A stretch of 64,000 bases of DNA from Rhina ancylostomus (Eukaryota): NCBI GenBank assembly GCA_030265395.1, contig JARFYF010000058.1, positions 22,231,915 to 22,295,914 of the forward strand. Direction: 5' to 3'. The position numbers and the translations under genes are program-made. Positions 26,286-36,929 of the stretch are shown here, in pieces (the first letter of the stretch is position 1; every line of letters starts with the position of its first letter). The notes under the pieces are model-generated. The model made no database searches. It was not told the origin of the DNA and saw nothing but the letters and a program-made list of their open reading frames with translations.

Positions 26286-27564
26286 TGGAGTCTATAAACT
26301 GGATGAAGCAATTTAAGATTATGGAGAACTACCTGAAGTTTCTGCTCATGTGGACTCCTACACCAGGAAGTATGTACATACAAAGGCAGAGCGGAGAAGT
26401 CTGTGGTATGCCTGGAGTTATCCTCCACGGCCAAACATCCCATCCAGCATTCAAGGTGAATATTCATGTACTAGTAAAGGGCATTTGGACGGGGTAGCAG
26501 AGGATGATTGCAACCAGTAGAACAACAGTGAATAGTGACAGATTAAGTATCTCCACGAAAAGAGAGACAAAAATCAAAGTACTGAGGATCACTGTTAATA
26601 ATTTAATGTGTATTGTTAATTTTAATTCTTTATCCAATTAGGATCAGCACTTTTAACATTAACATTTACTTCTAAAACCAAATATTTAAGAACAATGAAA
26701 TAAGNNNNNNNNNNNNNNNNNNNNNNNNNNNNNNNNNNNNNNNNNNNNNNNNNNNNNNNNNNNNNNNNNNNNNNNNNNNNNNNNNNNNNNNNNNNNNNNN
26801 NNNNAACACCAAATATTTAAGAACAATGAAATAAGAATAAAAAAATGAATTGAACTAAAAAAAACAGAAACATATTAACATTTTCTCAAAACCAGCTTAT
26901 ATAATTCTGTCAGTATTGCCATGACTTCATTTTAAAGATCACTTCTAACTATTTTTAACCTGTTGATACACATATAAAACATTTTTTTTTGTTTTCAACT
27001 TCCAACCACATGTCAGACAAACGGCCACAGCTGCATAGCTTCCTTCCTAAGATGTCTAGTGTAAGATTACGGATAGGGAGGACGAGCCGGGCTGTGACAG
27101 GACCAACATTCGAGAGGGAAACACAGAGAGGAGCAGTGATTGTTGACCTATAGTTAGTGTTGTATGTACGAGAGGGATGGGAAGGAGTGTGGCAAGATTA
27201 ACTGACAGGCTTGCTTGATAAAAAGACCTGTGAGGGAGAGAAATGGGCCAGTTAACGTTGCTGCTTGCAAAGAAGTTGTGACAGGTACTTCAAAGGAGCC
27301 TTCAGAAAACGCCAAAACACAAGAACATATGCTCAGCCAACAGTTCACAACTTACTATTTTAATATAAACCACACTTATGGAAGACCAAAGGCATTCTTG
27401 CAACTCAATATTTTTAAATCGTCATTGTTAAAGGGAAAAGTCAAGGTTTGTATAATTAGTGGATACTTTCCATGTATGTAGATAATCACAAATGACATGT
27501 GTTGGGTGTCACTTTTGATCATTGTGTATTCAATAGAGTCAGAGGAAGCAAAATCAGGAGAAGT

Positions 27565-27588
27565 GGGGGGGTGGGGGGGTGGGGGGGG
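27565..27588 (+). repeat. G7-T-G7-T-G8 tract (G-quadruplex potential)
   Basis: gggggggtgggggggtgggggggg seen directly. Confidence 0.7.
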
Positions 27589-30500
27589 AATGGCTGATCC
27601 AATATTGGCAACAGTTAAGATGACCCTTTCTGTCTCCATTATTAATATATTGGTCAGAGTCTGGTACCACACCTGTTTTAAACAATGTGTAAAGGCCATT
27701 CAGTGCATTGTTATCAGTAGTGAATGTATTTCAACTGGTTCAGCCTAATGGAAGTTTGCAGATTGAGTTAACTGATATTCTGCTCTTACTGGCTTAGATT
27801 TTAAAAGCCTGAAATTTCAACAGCTTCAAGTTCACTGAAACCAGCATCAGGGGTTCAGACCCAGTGCAAAGTCAGGTATGAGGTGAGTGATGCCTTGGTG
27901 TTGAGAGCTGGAACCTCAAGGTTCAGGACCTTAGCTTGGACAACCCTGTTTCTGTGTTCTTCTTATGAAGTCACTTGTTAGCTGAATACTGAACAGCCTG
28001 CTTGCACCTGACAGCTCATTTTGCATAAACAAACAACTCCATGAATGATTGAAACAAGCCATCTATCTTCAGTAAATGCATTGCTGAGAACCTTGATTGC
28101 TGAGCAACAATTTAAATTGCATTCAATAGTCATATCTGAATATTTCCAGCAAATGCATTATCATTAATTGACGAGAGGGAGGGAATGGGATTTACAATTA
28201 AGGACAGTTTTACTGAAATTATAATTTTTTAAATTATATATAAATGTAATGCCACATTCACTGCATCTCTTTATTTTACTTGTAATTGTTTTATTAAAGT
28301 TCAGAAAACATGGGGAAGAAGTTATTGCTAAAAATGGACCTGCTTTTCCTCAATCCTCCTGCTTATGAGGAGTCAAAAAATAAACTAAATGAAGAGGAAA
28401 ATCAGGGACTCAATCTTCACCCCATTTAGCTCCTGAACAGCTTTTCTGGTGTTTCTCTGGAAGGATATGCAAATGAATGTCAAAAGGCTTTGTGCCTAAA
28501 CTCTGTCTGATAGTATCAGATATAATTCAAAGGCAAAGAAGCTCTATAAAACCTTATTCAATGTGAGGGTTCAGGACACAGATTTTCAATATCAAGTAGA
28601 AATTTATTTCTTAATTTGTTAATTAAAAAGGTAACAGGTCTGCTTTAGGGTGTGTTGTAGGTTGCCATTTGCTTCCATCACAAAGGTTAAAATAAAGTGG
28701 GCTGGAAATTCTAGTGAAGCTAGAGCCACCAGCTGTAAATGTCATTGTATCCCTGAATAGGTGCCTCCCAGAAGTATAGTCTGAGGCTCGACTGGGTGGG
28801 GTTCTGGCCTGTGTGTTTGCTTAGGGTGGGAAGTTGATAGAGCCCTGTGCTGATTTTGGGTGGAGGGGTAGGGTGAGTGAAGAGGGGTTTGGGACCTTGA
28901 GGGAAGGGGGTGGGGGGAGGAAACAAAGAAGCATCATGGCTGAGATGCTGGTCTCTCAGGTGAATCTCAAAGTGCAGGGGAGGGGGGTGATAGGGCCAGA
29001 ACAATGGAGGGTAATTGAGGGAGTTACCTGAGAAGACTCCCAAAATACTGTTTCATTGAAAAGACCTAGTTGCACTGGGAATGCTCAGAGAATAGTCTGA
29101 GTTCCCCCACAGTACTCCGAAAGGAGTCCAAACTCGTCAGCAGCATAGGTGACTTCCTCCAGGGACTGTCAAGTCAAATTTCCAAAGTGACAACAGACAA
29201 CCTGAAAATCTCATTATCACAAGTCTCCAAAAAAATTGTCAATCGCATAACATTAAAAAAGGCAGAGTCATGCAATTGAATTTCAAACCAGAACGTTTTA
29301 ACTACTATCTAGAAAAAAATTGTTTTCGATACTTTAGAAATATAAGTCTGATTGATCATTTGAAGCTGATTACTGCTCCAATGACTCATGTTGGGGATAA
29401 AGAAATTTTGTGAACTTACATAAACTTCAATCTGTCATTCCATTCTTCTACCCCTCACCTGTCATCCCCACTATCCCCTTGACTAGTGGGTGAAGATCAT
29501 TAGACATAATGAGAAGGAGAATTCCTTATGTTACTGCATTAGGACCCCAGAAGGCTTGACTAATACTACTGAGGCAGGAATTGAAATCCTGCCATAACAG
29601 CTGGGGAATCTTGTCTTTCAACTAGCTCAGCCTGTTAGATGTTTGCAGGTAAAGTTAGCTGATTTTCACAAACAAGCTTTCATTGAGTAAGATTTTAAAG
29701 ACACGTGAAATTTCAATATCTTCCCCTCCACTGTCACAAATACAGGGCCCCAGGGGCTGCAGAACCAGCGCAAAGACAGGAACGAGATGAGCGATGTCTA
29801 AATTTTGATGACCAGACTACCAGTGTTTGGGGTCATGAATTGTCAGCTGAATATCGAAGTATCTGCTTGCACCTGACAGCTTTTTTTTGCAAAAGCAAAT
29901 GACCTGTCAAGTAGTTGAAACAGGCCATCTGCTTCCAGTGGATGATTATATGTTCTGANNNNNNNNNNNNNNNNNNNNNNNNNNNNNNNNNNNNNNNNNN
30001 NNNNNNNNNNNNNNNNNNNNNNNNNNNNNNNNNNNNNNNNNNNNNNNNNNNNNNNNNNNNNNNNNNNNNNNNNNNNNNNNNNNNNNNNNNNNNNNNNNNN
30101 NNNNNNNNNNNNNNNNNNNNNNNNNNNNNNNNNNNNNNNNNNNNNNNNNNNNNNNNNNNNNNNNNNNNNNNNNNNNNNNNNNNNNNNCCTTACTAAAAAT
30201 CATAAAGAAATGAATATCAGCTATGTTGTTTAAGAGGAAGCAAATATGATTCTGCTTTTTTCGTGCTCTCTCCAAGTCCAATTTCACTGCTCATGGGTTT
30301 TCTAAGTTCCCAGTTAAAATTGATAATGGCATAAATGATGCCACCGAGCTGAGAGCACAAGTTACAATTCAGCCATTTGGAACAGACAATGACGTTGGTA
30401 CAGTCAGTGTAGTTCAATAATAATTAACAAAAGAATTAACCTTTGCTAAGCCTTTATAAAAACAAGAAAGTTCTCTATTTAAATCCAAAAAGCAAGTAAC

Positions 30501-31664
30501 TAGAATGCAAACAATGTAAACAGAATGCAACTTTATCACTAAAATTTAGTATGTGGCAATAGCATGTTTTATACTATGTCTGGTTAAATTGTGGAGGGAC
30601 ATCATTAGATTGTACACACTGACTTAGCAAACTTGGATTGTGCCTGGGCACAGCACTTCAAATTGTGTCACACTAGGTACTGATAGCTTTGGGTGCAGGA
30701 GATTTGTTGACAGTAAATTGAAACAAGGCATTTATGCATCACTTGAAAAACCAACCTCAATAAAGAACAATTTTGTTCCATGCCACACCACATAGAAGTA
30801 TCCTTGAGTAACCACAACTTCAATTATATTTTTCTCTCTATATCAGTTCCATTGCTAGATAAATGCAGTTAAATTTTAGGTATTCAAATCAGACTTGCAA
30901 TTTTTAGGTCGAAATTTCAATCCATACAGCTGCTCGTATTTTCAACTACAGGGGAAAAAAAATTCAGAAATTTGAAGCAATTAATATGCATAACATGAAG
31001 GTAGGTCAGATCGATATAAGTAGAAAACTCATAGACAAAATCCAGTCATTTGAGGTTTAGCTGTAAAACTGAAGGTTCGTCCTTTGACCAGTGTCACTTG
31101 GTTCAATCAGATTTAACAAGTATCCTCTGAGATACTTATGATTTGATCATGTTTCTTTGGACAATTGAATCATATTGTTTAAACATTATTTCATGAATTT
31201 TGTCAGCAATAACATGGCTACAGTTTACACAATTAATCCTACAGGTTAACAATATGCCTCATACAGTAGTCTGAATTATCTGGGAGATAGAATGCTTCCC
31301 AACTTCCATTTCATGAGGCCAAATCCTTCTTTTTCACACCATCATGATCCCTCATTGAGTTTCATTAACTCAAGTTCCTACTCCAATATGTACTTTTAAA
31401 ACTTTCAATTACAGTACTCTTAATCCTCCAGCTCTAATCTGCTGTGATCATTTAGATCCAATCTGTGGTGCAACACTGGTAGTTTTTAACCTATTCCACA
31501 TTGGGATTATACATGGTTTGTGATCATTACTGCAAGCTGCAATGCCCAGAAGCTAACCCCTGCCTCCGATTTGTTGGTTTCATTGGGTAGAGTGAGCCAT
31601 GTTATTGCCAGGTATGAACAATATCAGCAGTTTCCCCTTGCATTTGTTTCTGGAAATGCATCTA

Positions 31665-31826
31665 AGGTCAAAGTAGAGTTTATTGTCATATGCACAAGTA
31701 CACGTATGCACAGGTGCAGTGAAAAGCTGACTTGCAGCAACATCACAGGCACATAGCATCAGATACACAACATTCACCAGACAACACAAACATTAATTAT
31801 ACAAAATTATACAAGAAAGAACACAA
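31665..31826 (-). mobile_element. Rex1/Babar-like LINE 3' tail, running into a gap
   Basis: aggtcaaagtagagtttattgtcatatgcacaag...gcacaggtgcagtgaaaa; matches 19150-19295. Confidence 0.6.
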
Positions 31827-32544
31827 NNNNNNNNNNNNNNNNNNNNNNNNNNNNNNNNNNNNNNNNNNNNNNNNNNNNNNNNNNNNNNNNNNNNNNNNNN
31901 NNNNNNNNNNNNNNNNNNNNNNNNNNNNNNNNNNNNNNNNNNNNNNNNNNNNNNNNNNNNNNNNNNNNNNNNNNNNNNNNNNNNNNNNNNNNNNNNNNNN
32001 NNNNNNNNNNNNNNNNNNNNNNNNNNNNNNNNNNNNNNNNNNNNNNNNNNNNNNNNNNNNNNNNNNNNNNNNNNNNNNNNNNNNNNNNNNNNNNNNNNNN
32101 NNNNNNNNNNNNNNNNNNNNNNNNNNNNNNNNNNNNNNNNNNNNNNNNNNNNNNNNNNNNNNNNNNNNNNNNNNNNNNNNNNNNNNNNNNNNNNNNNNNN
32201 NNNNNNNNNNNNNNNNNNNNNNNNNNNNNNNNNNNNNNNNNNNNNNNNNNNNNNNNNNNNNNNNNNNNNNNNNNNNNNNNNNNNNNNNNNNNNNNNNNNN
32301 NNNNNNNNNNNNNNNNNNNNNNNNNNNNNNNNNNNNNNNNNNNNNNNNNNNNNNNNNNNNNNNNNNNNNNNNNNNNNNNNNNNNNNNNNNNNNNNNNNNN
32401 NNNNNNNNNNNNNNNNNNNNNNNNNNNNNNNNNNNNNNNNNNNNNNNNNNNNNNNNNNNNNNNNNNNNNNNNNNNNNNNNNNNNNNNNNNNNNNNNNNNN
32501 NNGTTGTTCCATCAACTCACCTTTGTTTGTTTTGCCATTTTCCT

Positions 32545-32740
32545 TAATTAAAGGGTAATTTAGAGTAGCTAATTAACCAACCTGCATGTCTTTGAAAGGC
32601 GGGAGGAAACTGGAGCTCCCCCAGGAAAGCCACATGGTCACTGGGACAACATACAAGTTCTGTGCAGGCAGCAGTGGAGGTCAGGATCGAACTGGGTTGC
32701 TCAAACTGTGAGGCAACAGCACTAACAGCTGCATTGGTAA
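32545..32740 (-). mobile_element. V-SINE (HE1-like)
   Basis: gggaggaaactggagc...ggaggtcaggatcgaactggg...tgtgaggcaacagcactaac is the antisense V-SINE head and body. Confidence 0.8.
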
Positions 32741-33511
32741 CCAAGCCTGTTGAGCACTGTTTCCTCAGCTGAAACTCATTCAGCTTGATCATTTCTACAT
32801 TTAATGTTTGTAAATTGCTCTTAGATTTTCCGTGAATAGTTCCAGTTAGTCAAATAATAACCATGACATGGAAAAGAATATTTGTCTACTTCACCCCTAT
32901 CAGCATGAAGTACTATCAAATTTTGGTTATCTCATGACGTAGTTCCAAATGTCAACAGCATCTTTTTGTTTTACTGCTGGAAAACAATTGAACAACTGAA
33001 CCAAAGGATTGCCCCATGACTATTTCAGAAAGAATGTGGAAGTCATCAATGCCATTTCAGCCAGTTATTACTATTGTTGCTCTAATGATCCCATTTCTTT
33101 CTGGCTGACTTCTAAGGCTTCCCTGAGCTGTCTTATGCAGTTACTGTTTAGTTTCTCCATAAATGTCCTGGTATTCCATGTGTTCTAAGTGCACCATTAG
33201 AAACATTCCCTCCTCTGTGCTTCCAACAGTTTGATCTTCTCTTTTGTACACAGTTCTTTGGGATGAGCAAGTCTCAATGATCCTGGTGTTAGTGGAAAAG
33301 AAACAAGGGATGAGAGCACCAACGACTATTCCTCTGTAGCATGCTAACCTCTTCTGTTCCTCTAATCAATGTTTGCAAGTATTCTAATAATTAACCTTCG
33401 CTACTGTTTCCTTCTGCTCAACAGTGCATTTTGCTGCCTCACGCCTCCAGTGAACCTGCATTCAATACTTACCTCCAGAGCTGTCCGTGAATGTTTAGGT
33501 TTCTTCTGGGT

Positions 33512-34005
33512 CATAGAGCTATACAGCATGGAAACAGATCCTTTGGCCCAACTCATCCATGCCAAGCAAGGTGCTTACCTAAGCTAGCACAATTTGCCTG
33601 TGTTTGGCCCATATTCCTCTCAACCTTTCCTATCCATGTACCTGTCTAAATGTCTTTTAAACATTGAAATTATACCTGCCTCGATGTCTTCCTCTGGCAG
33701 TTTATTTCATATCCCTACCACCCTCTGTATGAAAGACTTGCCCTTCAAGTCACCTTTAAATCTTTCCCACTCACCTTAAACTTGGGGCCCCTAGTTTTAG
33801 ACTCCCTTACATTGGGTAAAAAGACTGTGACTCTATCTACCCCTCATGATTTTATAAACTTCTGTAAGGTCACCCCTCAGCGTCCTTCACTCCTGGGACA
33901 ACAGTCCCAGCCTATCCAGTCTGTTCTTATAACTCAAGCCCTCCAGTCCTGGCAACGTCCTCGTGAATCTTTTCTGCACCCTCTCTAGCTTAATCACATC
34001 CTTCT
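33512..34005 (-). mobile_element. CR1 3' end inserted in a V-SINE
   Basis: Minus ORF KDVIKLERVQKRFTRTLPGLEGLSYKNRLDRLGL and tail catagagctatacagcatgg. V-SINE halves at about 33432-33511 and 34006-34121. Confidence 0.88.
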
Positions 34006-36929
34006 TGTGCATCAGATTCTCTGGTTTCCTCCCACTTGACAAAGATGCATAGTTTGGTGGGTAAATTGGCCACTGTAAGTTGCCCCCTGCACAGCTAAGT
34101 GACAGAATCTGGAGCAAAGTTNNNNNNNNNNNNNNNNNNNNNNNNNNNNNNNNNNNNNNNNNNNNNNNNNNNNNNNNNNNNNNNNNNNNNNNNNNNNNNN
34201 NNNNNNNNNNNNNNNNNNNNNATGTGAATGTTGTGACAGGTTTTCCAGTGAATTCCAAATATTATTAAATCAACACAGGACAATCATTTAACATTGGTGT
34301 CAGCTCAAAAGGAAGAACCTGGAACAATAAATGATATTATTATGTTGTGTGGCTACAGGTTTAAAAAGACAGGAAAACTAATTGTGACTTCTTAGAAATA
34401 CTCGGGGAAAAATATTCTTGGTTGAATTCTGGACAAAATACAAACCTACCAGCAGAGGAAGTTATTAAAGGATTGAAGTGAGTGATGAAAGGTCCTATGG
34501 TTTTGAGTCAGAATTCGCAGTGTTATTCATGCACTTTTTTGGATTACTGTAGTTTGATTGCTAGTCACAAAGTGATTTTAATGGTGTAGATTTGTGCTTG
34601 TAAGGACTTATTTGGATGCAAATTAACCATTTCCTCCATCTACATTTCCATGTACAAATAGGGTTGAAGAAACTGTGGAAGATCAAAAAGTTACCATTTG
34701 TTTTAAATATTTGTCTATGTGAGTGACATTATTGGTGGGAGATGGATTACTCTGTTATTTCAGGAACCTATTGTTGATATCAGGAACTTGCTGCTCAGAT
34801 ATAATGCAATCACCCAGACTTCTCTTTTTGCCAGTGCTCTGTATATTTTTCATTTCTCAAAGCACCAATCCATTGTGCCAACTGACACTAAATTGGGAAT
34901 GATTTTGTGATGTGTTTTCATACCCATTGAGGACTTTGCAATCTTTCATATGGGTTTCTCCTACCGGTAGCAACACTGAAAGGGAGGCATCATTCTGTAA
35001 ACCTGGGCTGGATTCAAGTCATGGATCTGAAGCTGAGTGGAAAATGTGCCATCCAGTCTCAGCAATTAAGAACTGTATATCACATATTTTCTATCAACTT
35101 CTGCCATGATAAATTTCCACATCTTTATTTGAAATGAAAACAATCAATGTAAACACTTAAAAGTGCAATTACTGTCTGTAGACACTGGATGTGTTGGGAA
35201 AACTGAATAGCAGATGGGAATATTACAGTGTAGCCAGTTTAAAAAGACCGTTTTCATTATAAATTTGGACACAGGAATTTTAAATGATGATATAAGAACA
35301 AAATGTATGACTTCATAGTAGCAACTGAATTATGCCTTGATATCTTATTCCAATTATATCCTGTTCTTTAGCTACGTCACCTGGAGACTATACATGGGCA
35401 AGAATCCCAATGCAATGTCACCGGACATTGCTACATAAAATTAGGAAAGAATATTTCAGTTAGTTTGGAATGTTAGCCAAATTTGACTATTAATTAAAAA
35501 TATTTTATAGAAATAGGTATTTGAAACTATAGATCTGTGGAACTTCATTCCTTGAGCCTGAGAGGTTTTGAAAGAGATACTTAATATATCAAGTAAAATA
35601 GAAAAGGTACTTCTGGACATTTTAAGCTAAACTGCAACTAAAGAGTAAGATGATTTGGATACAATGTCTTTTTCCGCAGTGTCTTTGTGGCCCTTGGTGT
35701 GAGATCCTTTTATTTCATAATATAGTAAGTCATTGTTTTGTCTCCTTCATTTTGTCTTGTGAGACTATAACCCTTGGAGTCCATGCAAGAGCTTATAGCA
35801 TTTTCTTTCTGCTTGAATATGAACTGCATTAAGCTCTAACTTTATATATGTTAAATTTGCAATAGTTTTCTAGGCCAGAAATCCAGGTAAAGTTTCTGAC
35901 CCATAATGCAGTTTAACAGCAGATGGGGAAAAATTAGGAAGAAATTGGTGATTTTAATCCTGCATTTCAAAAGCCTTTAGATCAGGGTTGTCCACACTTG
36001 GCCTGTGCACCATTTTTGATCTGTAGGTATGATAGTGTAACCTACAAAGCTCTTTTAGAGTTAAGTCTTTGCACTTCTTTGAATTTGAAAAAGGGTTATT
36101 AATGACATTGTTTCATTGGAGCACAAATACTCAGTTGGGAACACTGAAATCTGTTATTTCCAACTTAAAGTCAATGCAAATTACAATTTGCGAACTGAAA
36201 GACAAAAAAAACTTTAGCACATTCAATACAGATTATAAAGAAGACAGAAAGGGAAAGTATACAACAAACCCTAGATTATATGATTGAGAATTAAAATGGT
36301 ATCAACAAATTGGATAATTGTTGTACTACATATATTCTTTGAAATGGATCAAACAACTTTATGGCACTGTGTTTAAATGATCCTACAATGATTGTATTTC
36401 CCTTTCCCTACACCAGTACGTAGAACCAGTTATAATTTGGTTTTCTGAGTGACCACATTCAGAGTTGTTTCCCAGGACTTTCTACTGCTCACTGCTTTAC
36501 ATGAATGATAGGAAGCTGAAGCCAAGTCCCAAATTATAACTCCAGATCCAACCTCATCCTACAGTAATGGTGACCCAGCAAGGAAATTGCAGGGTTCAAA
36601 CCTTAATTGAGAGCATCAGTGTCAAAATGTTAGTGAGCTGTTTACAATTTAGTTGAGGGTTTTGCTTTGGTGGTTTGCCCTAAAGCTGCATTCCAGGTTG
36701 AACACCACTGGCCACAAAGAATCCTACAGCAGTTTATTATGGGTCTGGAAACATAGTGGTTAAGGCATTATATTCACAGAATTGAACATTATATAGACAA
36801 AAGTCACTCAGTTATCTTTCTCATAAATAATGTAATGATCATGATCAAAGATGAGGTGCCTGCCCTTTAAAGTGAAGCCTCTCCATTGTCTGTGGATGGC
36901 AATCCTAGAGCTTCCTATCTAAGGTGTAA

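Noticed and set aside
26675-26836. About 28-bp direct repeat (accaaatatttaagaacaatgaaataag) flanking a gap, resembling a TSD or CRISPR repeat
   Set aside because: It flanks an exactly 100-N placeholder gap, which indicates overlapping contig ends (assembly artefact).
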